Below are positions 16,501-25,165 of a stretch of 29,026 nt of DNA, in pieces. Under the pieces are notes generated by a model. That model was not told where the DNA came from and ran no database searches. It saw only the letters and a list, made by a program, of their open reading frames with translations. Position 1 is the first letter of the stretch, and the number at the start of each line of letters is the position of its first letter. Both the position numbers and the translations under genes were made by a program. The stretch is taken from contig JAXDCR010000003.1 of NCBI GenBank assembly GCA_034677845.1, positions 1-29,026 of the forward strand, given 5' to 3'. The DNA comes from Bacteroidales bacterium. Lineage in GTDB: Bacteria > Bacteroidota > Bacteroidia > Bacteroidales > UBA10428.

Positions 16501-17418
16501 TTACAGCCGGGTAACGGAAGCAAATGACCTGTTTATGCCCTTGCGGTAGCTTACCCGGGGATACCCGAAAATGACAAAAAGACCTTCCCTGCTTTTATGG
16601 TGAATGCCATGGCGCTCCCTGAATTCCTTTGCCCTCCTCCCGCTCTGAATGAAAGGGTGGATCGCCCCCAGCATACAGGTGCCCAGTCCCATTGCCTCTG
16701 CCGCCACCATGGCATATGTGGCAGCCACAATTGGATCGGCCGGATCGGTAAATGGCGAACCATAAAAGTACATGGCAAGCGGCGCATCATAGGTGACGTA
16801 ATTGTTTCCTTTTTGCATTTCGTCGATGTAGCCCCGGAACAAAGGCTCGATAAATCCCCTGAATACTTCGTCATTTGCCTTGCCCCAGAACGGTCGCATC
16901 ATTGAAAGGAAAATCCCCGAGGTCATCCACCGCATCCCTTTCAGGTATTCTGAGTAATCGGCGGCAAAAGACCTGGTCTTTTCTTTTCCGTCGATGACAA
17001 GCACGTTAACATCGGAGGGCGGAATACCCATTGGCGCAGTCCGGGCTGCCTGCAGGATCCTGTCAATGAGCGCAGGTTCAACATCCTTTTCCCTGAATTC
17101 CCTGATGCTCCTGCGACGCTGCAGCAAATTAAGCAGCTGCTCAAAACCGGCGGCATCATTTTCCGGGGGAAGCATGAACAGATCATCCGGAGAAATTTCT
17201 CTGCCCGTAACTTCAATGGCTCCACGGGGACAGACGGCCATGCAGTGGCCGCACCCTATGCAGCCAAAAAAAGGAAAATTGCTTTTGGTTACTTTTCCGT
17301 CTTCAATGACCAGGTTGAAATCCTTGCAGACATCAACGCACAGGCCACATCCATTACACCTTTCATCAATAATCTTCACTTCAGCGCTGCTTTTCGTCCT
17401 GGATGTTGGTATAGCCAT
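16501..17418 (-). CDS. Nitroreductase family protein with N-terminal 2x[4Fe-4S] domain
   Basis: Start reassigned to ATG 17418 (MAIPTSRT). CNGCGLCVDVC, CIGCGHCMAVCP, RRSIREF, ARTAPMG and AEAMGLGTCMLG. Confidence 0.93.
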   Translation of the reverse strand: MAIPTSRTKSSAEVKIIDERCNGCGLCVDVCKDFNLVIEDGKVTKSNFPFFGCIGCGHCMAVCPRGAIEVTGREISPDDLFMLPPENDAAGFEQLLNLLQRRRSIREFREKDVEPALIDRILQAARTAPMGIPPSDVNVLVIDGKEKTRSFAADYSEYLKGMRWMTSGIFLSMMRPFWGKANDEVFRGFIEPLFRGYIDEMQKGNNYVTYDAPLAMYFYGSPFTDPADPIVAATYAMVAAEAMGLGTCMLGAIHPFIQSGRRAKEFRERHGIHHKSREGLFVIFGYPRVSYRKGINRSFASVTRL

Positions 17419-17597
17419 AGAATTATTGTAAAACATTAAATAAAAGATAATTATCACTTTACGATGGAAGGCCGCCGACTGTTCCTGAGCCGTCATACGG
17501 CACGAATGAAAGTTAAGCATTATCGGAATGCCATTCACCATGCAATAAACTGTTTAAAAAATTTTCGTTAACCCCTACTTTTATCCATTTTTACAGA

Positions 17598-20552
17598 ATG
17601 AACGGGAAGTTTGCCATACTGCTGGGTGTGCACCGGATAACGGGTCCCCTGTTCAGTGCCGTCATCCTCTCCCCTGGTGCCGGCAAGGCATTTTATACAG
17701 TTAATGACCGACTGTCGCTGGCGAATCTGAAAGAATACGAACCGGTTCTGCTTCCCGAGCAGACCGGCCTGGTGAAAACAATAGAAGAATACAGTGACAG
17801 GAATCTCCTCAGGGTATTTTCAAAAGAGAAAAAAAATGCACAGCATTTTCTGGCATCACTGGATGAGGCATTTATTGAATCACACCTGAGGCCTTATATT
17901 GAAAAAAGGCTGCAGCGCTGTATGGAGCTGCTCCAGGGCAGTGAAACGCCCGTATACATCAAAAAGCAGTACAACAACATCTATGAGGAAGACAGGATCT
18001 TTCTGCCGGATGAAAAGGCAAATGCGGTTTTCAACTTCATACGGACAGAGGAAGGCCTTAAGTATTACCTCACGCTTAACCAGGGTGAGGAGAACATCAC
18101 ATTGTTTGGAAGGACAGGTTTCATACTCATTAATGATCCCTGTGTGCTGGCCCTTGATAACAGGCTGCTGCAGATTGAAGACATCGATGGAAAGAAGCTT
18201 GTCCCTTTTTTCAGGAAACAGCATATCCTCATCCGCAGGGAAACGGAAAGGCAGTTCCTTAAAACCTTCGCTAAAACTGTCATTCAGAGGTACACAGTCA
18301 ATGCGCAAGGTTTTAATATTACCGACCGATGCAACAGGCCGGTACCTGTGCTTTCGCTTGAATCCGCACTTGATGGCAAGCCTCTGTTCGTCCTTCAGTT
18401 CCGCTATGATGAAAGGACGGTATACTACGCCAATATCAGGTCAGAGCTGCAGGTCAGCATGAAAGAGGTTGACGGGCAGTTTACCTTCGCGCGGTTCATC
18501 CGAGATCTTCCCTTCGAAAACCACATAATATCCTCTCTGCTCGAAAAAGGCCTCGCAGTCATGGATGCCGCGGCATTCAGGCCCCTTCCCCTTGTCAGGT
18601 CCGAAAGCCCTTTGCTTGCGCACAGCCTTGTCTCCTGGCTGAACGTCAACTCATCCGCCCTTATGGAACTGGGCATTGAAGTGAAACAGTCGCTTCCCCA
18701 AGGTCGCTTCTATACCGGGCCATTGGAGCTGAAGGTAAGCATAACCGAAAACAACAACGACTGGTTTGATATAATGGCCACCGTGACAATTGACGGCCAC
18801 GAGATACCATTCAGGGCTTTCAGGCAGAACCTGTTGAACGGAAACCGTGAATACATGCTTGCAGATGGAAGCATCCTTGTACTTCCCGAAGAGTGGTTCG
18901 CCCGCTTCAGCAACCTGATGCCGTTCGCAAGGGAGGACACGAACCGTCTTATGGTGGACAGGCAACATTTCCCCTTGCTGAAGGAAAGCTTTTCAGGAAT
19001 GGACGGCACATGCGAAGGTAGAATAAACAAATGGCTCGAATCCCCCGGGGAAGCTGAACAACCCGTTCCGGCGGAGATCAGGGCTGTTCTTAGGGACTAC
19101 CAGAAGCAGGGGTTCAACTGGCTGCTGAAGCTGAACCGGCTCGGTTTCGGCGGCTGCCTGGCAGATGACATGGGACTGGGGAAAACGTTGCAGACCCTGG
19201 CAGTTCTCATACATGTGATGAAGCCTGAAGAGACGCCCCATACCGGCGCCCGGAAGCCAGTCTCAGGCTCGCAGCTCAACCTGTTCGACAACGGAGCAGC
19301 CACCGCATACAGGGTAAAGCCATCCCTTATCGTTGTGCCGCTGACCCTGGCACACAACTGGCTGAACGAGATCAGCAAATTCCTGCCTTCCGTCAGGGCA
19401 GGATATTACGGTGGCCAGAACAGGAAGCCACTCAGGGAATATTATGACTCACTGGAACTTATTATAACCTCTTACGGCATGGTAAGGAACGACCTGGAGC
19501 AGTTCCTGGCGGTGGACTTTTTATATCTGGTGCTGGATGAAAGCCAGGTTGTCAAGAACCCCCGTTCAAAGACCTACAGATCATTGCTTTCAATAAAGGC
19601 GGACCACAGACTTGTGCTGACCGGAACCCCAGTCGAGAATTCGCTGACGGATCTGTGGGCGCAGATGAATTTCCTGAATCCCGGCCTGCTGGGAAGCTTT
19701 GAATTCTTCAGGAATGAATTTGTCATTCCCGTTGAAAGATACCAGAACGACAGCCAGAAAAGGATTCTTAAAACAATTATCCATCCCTTCATCCTTAGAA
19801 GGACAAAAGCTGAGGTGGCACCGGAACTTCCTGAACTGAGCTGCCATGTTGTCTACTGCAACATGTCTGAATCACAGCAGGCATTTTACGAGACTGAAAA
19901 ATCCAGGGTAAGAAACCTCATACTTGATAACATAAGCAGTAAGGGGATTGAAAAATCCTCGATTATCATTTTAAGGTCCCTTACCCAGCTGCGGCTTGCC
20001 GCCAATCACCCGGCGCTCGTTGACAGCACATATGGTGAGGATTCGGGAAAGTACGATGCCATCACTGAAAATCTGCTCAATCTGATAGCAGAGGATCACA
20101 AAGTACTTGTCTTTTCCTCCTTTGTCAGGCACCTTGAGATAATTAGAGATTTTTGCCTGTCTAAGGGCATTCAGCATAAATGGATGACGGGGGACGTGCC
20201 CCGGAAGGAAAGGGAGGAAATCATAAGGGACTTTGAAATAAACAGTGGCAACCGCCTTTTCCTGATCACGAACAAAACGGGAAGTTACGGTCTGAACCTG
20301 GTGTCAGCGGATTACGTGTTCATTCTTGATCCCTGGTGGAACCCTGCTGTCGAGGAGCAGGCTGTAAGCCGTGCGCACCGCATGGGACAGCATAGGAAGG
20401 TGTTCGTTTACCGGTTCATCACAAAGGACTCAATCGAGGAAAAGATTCAGTTGCTGCAGCAAAGAAAAATACGGCTTGCCGAGAGCCTCACTGGTGGCAG
20501 CAGTCGTTTCAGGATCACTGACAAGGAAGAAATCCTGCATTTGCTGGAATAG
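17598..20552 (+). CDS. SNF2-family (DEXQ) helicase/ATPase
   Basis: LRDYQKQG, LADDMGLGKTLQ, LVLDESQVVKN, LTGTPVENSLTDLW, LRRTK, DPWWNPAVEEQAVSRAHRMGQ. Confidence 0.96.
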   Translation: MNGKFAILLGVHRITGPLFSAVILSPGAGKAFYTVNDRLSLANLKEYEPVLLPEQTGLVKTIEEYSDRNLLRVFSKEKKNAQHFLASLDEAFIESHLRPYIEKRLQRCMELLQGSETPVYIKKQYNNIYEEDRIFLPDEKANAVFNFIRTEEGLKYYLTLNQGEENITLFGRTGFILINDPCVLALDNRLLQIEDIDGKKLVPFFRKQHILIRRETERQFLKTFAKTVIQRYTVNAQGFNITDRCNRPVPVLSLESALDGKPLFVLQFRYDERTVYYANIRSELQVSMKEVDGQFTFARFIRDLPFENHIISSLLEKGLAVMDAAAFRPLPLVRSESPLLAHSLVSWLNVNSSALMELGIEVKQSLPQGRFYTGPLELKVSITENNNDWFDIMATVTIDGHEIPFRAFRQNLLNGNREYMLADGSILVLPEEWFARFSNLMPFAREDTNRLMVDRQHFPLLKESFSGMDGTCEGRINKWLESPGEAEQPVPAEIRAVLRDYQKQGFNWLLKLNRLGFGGCLADDMGLGKTLQTLAVLIHVMKPEETPHTGARKPVSGSQLNLFDNGAATAYRVKPSLIVVPLTLAHNWLNEISKFLPSVRAGYYGGQNRKPLREYYDSLELIITSYGMVRNDLEQFLAVDFLYLVLDESQVVKNPRSKTYRSLLSIKADHRLVLTGTPVENSLTDLWAQMNFLNPGLLGSFEFFRNEFVIPVERYQNDSQKRILKTIIHPFILRRTKAEVAPELPELSCHVVYCNMSESQQAFYETEKSRVRNLILDNISSKGIEKSSIIILRSLTQLRLAANHPALVDSTYGEDSGKYDAITENLLNLIAEDHKVLVFSSFVRHLEIIRDFCLSKGIQHKWMTGDVPRKEREEIIRDFEINSGNRLFLITNKTGSYGLNLVSADYVFILDPWWNPAVEEQAVSRAHRMGQHRKVFVYRFITKDSIEEKIQLLQQRKIRLAESLTGGSSRFRITDKEEILHLLE

Positions 20553-20607
20553 AATTTCCGGAGATTAAAAAACCTTGCTTTGGAAACGGTGATCGCATGC
20601 AGGTGGA

Positions 20608-22029
20608 CTAAGGTACATTTTTCGCGTCTGCCTTTAGTCCCAGTTTCTCCGCTTCCCTCAGCATTAACTCATGTGCCTCGTCGTAGTTATTTCCGATCAC
20701 ACCCTCCAGAATAGCTTCCTTGATTGCATTTTTAATGATGCCAATCTCCCGGCAGGGACCCAGGTTATAGGTCTTCATGATTATCTCCCCGGTTATCGGG
20801 GGCTGGAAGTTGCGTATGGCGTCTTTTTCCTCAATCTCCTTTATTTTCTGCCTGACAAGCATGAAGTTGTCCAGGTAAAGCTTCACCCTGGCATCGTTCC
20901 TTGAAGTCACATCGGCTTCGCACAGGTCCATCAAATCGTCAATGTTCTCTCCTGCTTCAAAGATCAGCCTTCGTATGGCAGAGTCCGTGACATCCTCTTC
21001 CACCAGTGAGATAGGTCTTAAATGCAGCCTGACAAGCTTCTGAACGTATTTCATGTTCTGTCCCATCGGCAGGTGAAGGCGCCGGAAAACCTCAGAAACC
21101 ATCTTCGAACCGATGAATTCATGTCCGTAAAACGTCCAGCCGTGCCCTGCAACATATTTCTTCGTAGCCGGTTTGGCAATATCGTGCAGAAGCACTGCCC
21201 ATCGGAGCCAGAGGTTTTCGGACTTCTGTGCAATGTTGTCCAGCACCTGCAAGGTATGGTAAAAGTTGTCCTTGTGACCCTGCCTGTCTTTTTTATCGAT
21301 CCCCTTCAAACGGGCAAGCTCCGGAAAGACCTCCGGCAGAAGTCCCGTTTTATCCAGCAGTTGCAGTCCCTCCGACGGTCTTTTGCACATAATGATCTTA
21401 TTAAGCTCATCGGTTATCCGTTCCATGGAAACGATCCTGATTCTTTCGCGGTTACTGCGGATGGCGCTGAGAGATCTTTCCTCGACAGTAAATCCAAGCT
21501 GGCCCGCAAGCCTGACAGCCCTCATCATCCTGAGCGGATCATCTGAAAAGGTGACTTCGGGATTTTGCGGTGTCCGGATGATTCCCTGCCTCAGATCATC
21601 AAGTCCCCCGAACGGATCCACCAGCAAACCGTAGCTGTCAGGGTTGAGTGAAACGGCAAGCGTATTGATGGTAAAGTCTCTCCGGTTCTGATCATCCTGC
21701 AGGGTGCCGTTTTCAACCACGGGTTTTCTGGAATCCGGGCTGTAAGATTCTGTCCGTGCCCCTACAAATTCAAGTTCCATATCAGGCAGCCGCAGCATGG
21801 CTGTACCGAAATTCCTGTAAATGCTGATCCTCCCTTTCCGGCCTGTCTTTGATGCCACTGCCCTGGCCATTTCTATGCCGCTTCCAACGACCACTATGTC
21901 AATGTCCTTGGAAGGTCTGTGAAGCAGCAAATCCCTTACATAGCCGCCAATTACGTAACAGGGCAGGTTCATTTCCTGCGCAACCCCGGAAAGCAACCTG
22001 AAAATTTTGTGTTCAAGGTGAATGACCAC
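20608..22029 (-). CDS. cca: CCA tRNA nucleotidyltransferase with HD domain
   Basis: VIGGYVRDLLL..DIDIVV, RRDFTINTLA, FSDDPLRMMRAVR, LLHDIAK. GTG start. Confidence 0.93.
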   Translation of the reverse strand: MVIHLEHKIFRLLSGVAQEMNLPCYVIGGYVRDLLLHRPSKDIDIVVVGSGIEMARAVASKTGRKGRISIYRNFGTAMLRLPDMELEFVGARTESYSPDSRKPVVENGTLQDDQNRRDFTINTLAVSLNPDSYGLLVDPFGGLDDLRQGIIRTPQNPEVTFSDDPLRMMRAVRLAGQLGFTVEERSLSAIRSNRERIRIVSMERITDELNKIIMCKRPSEGLQLLDKTGLLPEVFPELARLKGIDKKDRQGHKDNFYHTLQVLDNIAQKSENLWLRWAVLLHDIAKPATKKYVAGHGWTFYGHEFIGSKMVSEVFRRLHLPMGQNMKYVQKLVRLHLRPISLVEEDVTDSAIRRLIFEAGENIDDLMDLCEADVTSRNDARVKLYLDNFMLVRQKIKEIEEKDAIRNFQPPITGEIIMKTYNLGPCREIGIIKNAIKEAILEGVIGNNYDEAHELMLREAEKLGLKADAKNVP

Positions 22030-22179
22030 TCTGATCGTTTACAGTGATTATGATCTGCCGTAAAATTACAATTTTTGCACAGGCAAAACCCGCTTCACAT
22101 AAAATAAACCCTTGCCTCAGGCAGGGAGGGAGGTGAACCTCACTGTAAAAAAGGAGGGAAGGTCGTTTTACATAAAGTA

Positions 22180-22210
22180 TTGCTAAATCCGGAAGCTTTA
22201 TTTATCTTTG
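22180..22210 (+). promoter_or_regulatory. Bacteroidota promoter upstream of the TPP riboswitch
   Basis: TTG (22180-22182)-N20-TATCTTTG (22203-22210). Confidence 0.75.
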
Positions 22211-22217
22211 ACACCTG

Positions 22218-22300
22218 AATTCACTAAGGGGGTGCCTTAACATTAAGGGCTGAGATCATACCCTTAGCACCTGATCCGGGTAATGCCGGCGAAGGGATCG
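22218..22300 (+). ncRNA. TPP (THI-box) riboswitch aptamer
   Basis: GGGGGTGC...GGGCTGAGA...ACCC...ACCTGATCCGGGTAATGCCGGCGAAGGGA. P2 CTAAGGG(22224-30)/CCCTTAG(22261-67), P3 GCCTTAA/TTAAGGGC, P5 CCGG/CCGG. Confidence 0.97.
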
Positions 22301-22301
22301 G

Positions 22302-22331
22302 GCAACAGTGGGGATATCATTGTTGCTTATT
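22302..22331 (+). terminator. Candidate expression-platform hairpin of the TPP riboswitch
   Basis: GCAACAGTG-GGGATAT-CATTGTTGC (9 bp including one GU pair), followed by UUAUU, 24 nt before the ATG. Confidence 0.5.
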
Positions 22332-22354
22332 AACAATAATAATACCTATACATC

Positions 22355-24751
22355 ATGAAACAGTTCATGCTGTTGATTGTATGCGTGCTTTGCATCATGC
22401 CTGCCAACGCACAGCTTGTCATTGAAGGCAGGGTGACAGGCACCCGGGAGGAACCGCTGATCGGGGCATATGTCTTTGTCAGCAACACCTACTATAAAAC
22501 CATGACTGATGATTCAGGCAGCTTCAGGATCGCAGATGTGAAACCAGGCATTTACAGGCTTACCGTGAGCTTCGTCGGATATGAAACCGCCGATGAAATT
22601 GTCGAGCTGACCGAAGACCTCCACATCAGGATCCGTCTTGTCGAATCCCCCGTCATGGGCGAAGCAGTTGTTGTTTCTGCGGTCAGGGCTTCCCAGAACA
22701 GTCCCACAACCTTTTCAACCCTGGGGAAGGAAGAAATCACCGTTCGCAACAAGGTGCAGGATCTCCCGCTGCTGCTGAACCAGATGCCGTCAGTGGTCAC
22801 CACCTCCGATGCCGGTACAGGCGTGGGGTATACAAGCCTTCGGATCAGGGGAAGCGACATCACCCGCATCAACGTCACCATCAACGGGATCCCTCTCAAT
22901 GACCCGGAGTCACATGCGGTCTACTGGGTTGACATACCCGATTTTGCCAGTTCAGTGAACAGCATTCAGGTTCAGCGTGGTGTCGGATCTTCCACCAACG
23001 GAGCCGGAGCTTTCGGAGCTTCCATGAACCTGGAGACTGGCACCGTCAGTTCGTCGCCTTACGCGAAGCTCGACCTGTACCTTGGATCTTTCGGCACCTG
23101 GAAAACTACTTTTCAGGGTGGTACGGGTCTGATGAGAGACCGTCTGTATGTTGAAGGCCGCGCCTCGGCTATCGGCTCAGATGGTTATATTGACCGGGCA
23201 AGTTCCGCCCTGGGCTCCTATTTCATGCAGGGAGGTTATCACGATCACAATACGCTGGTGAAAGCCATTGTTTTTGGCGGAAATGAAAAGACATACCAGG
23301 CATGGTACGGCGTTGACAGATCAACCCTGGCAAGCGACAGGACCTTTAACTGGGCCGGTGCCATCTACCGCCCGGATGGAACCATCGGGTTTTATGATAA
23401 CCAGACTGATAACTACAGGCAGCAACATTTTCAACTTCATTTCTCCCGGATGTTGAAACCGTCGGTCAACCTTGGCCTGGCGGCACATTATACCCGTGGC
23501 AAGGGGTATTACGAGGAATATATGCAGGACCAGGATTTCTCGGATTATGCGCTTGAACCATTGCTTTTCGGTCTCGACAGCGTGCTCCTCGAAGACAGAT
23601 ATCAATATGTTTACAGCGATACGGTCGATCAGACCGATCTCATCAGACGGAGGTGGCTTGATAACCATTATTACGGCATGACCTGGTCACTTCGGAAAAT
23701 CGCCTCCCGGTCTGACCTGATATTCGGGGGATCTTACAGCCGGTATGAAAAAGCCAGGCATTTCGGCGAGATAATATGGGCAGAATTTGCCAGCCAGAGC
23801 GGCATCCGCCATCTTTATTATGACAATATGGCCGGCAAGTCGGACCTGAATTTTTACTTTAAGGCATCCTTTGTTCCGGTTAAAAATCTGACTCTGCACG
23901 GTGACCTGCAATTCAGGCATATTTCATACCGGGTGAAAGGTACGGAGGACTATGGAAGGCCTGTTGCCATCCTGGAAAAATTCCTTTTCCTGAATCCGAA
24001 AATCGGTCTTTCGCTTGACACAAGGTTCGGCAACATATACGGATCATACGGTATGGCTCACAGGGAGCCCATCAGGGATGATTACCTTGATGCCGCCCCT
24101 GGTGAAAAACCCGAGGCCGAAGTACTGGGTGATTTTGAATGCGGTATCCGGAAGTATGCTTCAAGGTTTACCTATGCTGTTGACCTGTTTCTGATGAGCT
24201 ACCGTAACCAGCTGATATTGACAGGTGCCATTAACGACGACGGGGCTTATATAAGGAAAAATGCGGGGAGGAGCTACCGTACGGGACTGGAGGTCACCGC
24301 AGGTTACCGGCTGGCACAGATGCTGTACCTCGAAGGCAACATGGCGTTGATGAGGAGCGGGACTGACAACAAAGAACCGGATACAGCCGGCATGATGAGA
24401 ACATACAGAAATGTCGACATTGCCTTTTCACCAAGGGTAACGGGCGGTTTGCAGGCAGACATAAATCCCCTGAAAAACCTTCAGATCAGCTGGCAGCTCA
24501 AATTTGTGGGCAGCCAGTACCTGGATAACACAGGGAACCGTGACCTCATGCTTAAAAAATATACCGTGCAGGATGCGGGACTAAAGTACCTGCTTGCTGC
24601 CGGAAACCTAGGAAGTATTGAAATCAGCTTCCAGATAAGCAATTTGCTGAATGCCAAGTACGAATCCAACGGTTATGTATGGAACAACGCACCGTTTTAC
24701 TACCCCCAGGCAGGGATTCATTTCCTGGGGGGACTTTCCGTTAAAATCTGA
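22355..24751 (+). CDS. TonB-dependent outer-membrane receptor, probable thiamine transporter
   Basis: Signal peptide, carboxypeptidase-regulatory-like N-domain, plug (SLRIRGSD..RINVTINGIPLND..SIQVQRGVGSSTNG.GAFGAS), beta-barrel. Sits directly under a TPP riboswitch. Confidence 0.93.
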   Translation: MKQFMLLIVCVLCIMPANAQLVIEGRVTGTREEPLIGAYVFVSNTYYKTMTDDSGSFRIADVKPGIYRLTVSFVGYETADEIVELTEDLHIRIRLVESPVMGEAVVVSAVRASQNSPTTFSTLGKEEITVRNKVQDLPLLLNQMPSVVTTSDAGTGVGYTSLRIRGSDITRINVTINGIPLNDPESHAVYWVDIPDFASSVNSIQVQRGVGSSTNGAGAFGASMNLETGTVSSSPYAKLDLYLGSFGTWKTTFQGGTGLMRDRLYVEGRASAIGSDGYIDRASSALGSYFMQGGYHDHNTLVKAIVFGGNEKTYQAWYGVDRSTLASDRTFNWAGAIYRPDGTIGFYDNQTDNYRQQHFQLHFSRMLKPSVNLGLAAHYTRGKGYYEEYMQDQDFSDYALEPLLFGLDSVLLEDRYQYVYSDTVDQTDLIRRRWLDNHYYGMTWSLRKIASRSDLIFGGSYSRYEKARHFGEIIWAEFASQSGIRHLYYDNMAGKSDLNFYFKASFVPVKNLTLHGDLQFRHISYRVKGTEDYGRPVAILEKFLFLNPKIGLSLDTRFGNIYGSYGMAHREPIRDDYLDAAPGEKPEAEVLGDFECGIRKYASRFTYAVDLFLMSYRNQLILTGAINDDGAYIRKNAGRSYRTGLEVTAGYRLAQMLYLEGNMALMRSGTDNKEPDTAGMMRTYRNVDIAFSPRVTGGLQADINPLKNLQISWQLKFVGSQYLDNTGNRDLMLKKYTVQDAGLKYLLAAGNLGSIEISFQISNLLNAKYESNGYVWNNAPFYYPQAGIHFLGGLSVKI

Positions 24752-24848
24752 TGTACGGTCCGGATCGCTGTAAAATAACCAGCAGAAATACTGGCGATTG
24801 CTATTAATTTGTTAAAATTTTGAAAAAAATCAAGTTTCTGCAACAACT

Positions 24849-24865
24849 TTGGCACAATTTTCGTT
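24849..24865 (+). promoter_or_regulatory. Sigma54 (-24/-12)-type promoter
   Basis: TTGGCACAATTTTCGTT has a perfect -24 TTGGCAC. The -12 position (GG-N10) reads GT instead of GC. Upstream DNA is AT-rich. Predicted start ~24876. Confidence 0.6.
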
Positions 24866-24875
24866 ATAGATATCA

Positions 24876-24985
24876 AGGGTTTTATTAGTTAGTTAGGGTT
24901 AATAAATTTTTCAGGGTTTTCGTAAATTTTAGGTTTAATCTTTAGGGTTATGAAACCAGGGACAACCAAGGTCCCTGGTTTTTTT
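24876..24985 (+). ncRNA. Putative sigma54-dependent small RNA with repeated AGGGUU motifs
   Basis: AGGGTT at 24876, 24895, 24913 and 24944, and AGGTTT at 24931, in a U-rich, C-poor, non-coding stretch bounded by a promoter and a terminator. Confidence 0.6.
24953..24985 (+). terminator. Intrinsic terminator
   Basis: AAACCAGGGAC-AACCAAG-GTCCCTGGTTT followed by TTTT (7 T in total). Confidence 0.9.
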
Positions 24986-24992
24986 ATATGGT

Positions 24993-25034
24993 GCAGACAT
25001 CAGTCTGACCCATGACGCAGACATCAGTCTGACC
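24993..25034. repeat. Perfect 18-bp direct repeat x2, each with an internal palindrome
   Basis: GCAGACATCAGTCTGACC at 24993-25010 and 25017-25034. Each contains CAGAC-N4-GTCTG. Confidence 0.9.
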
Positions 25035-25165
25035 GCACCGCATCTCCTGGCTGTTCACATCCGTCGCAATTGTTTTAACGGCAGCTGTTAAAATTAATGC
25101 GGCAAGTAATGTATTGAATGTAAATTTTTGCTTTTTTTGCAAAGGAATCCGACAATCTGGCAACC

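Noticed and set aside
20260-20320. Divergent SNF2 motif V (TNKTGSYGLNL versus the usual SLKAGGxGLNL)
   Set aside because: Motifs I, II, III and VI are intact, so this is within plausible family variation and not evidence of inactivity.
24876-24961. Telomere-like TTAGGG / G-quadruplex reading, or a mini-CRISPR reading, of the AGGGTT repeats
   Set aside because: Only two true TTAGGG copies, not tandem. G-tracts are separated by 15-28-nt loops (poor G4). The 6-nt repeats with 7-13-nt spacers are far too short for CRISPR, and there are no cas genes.
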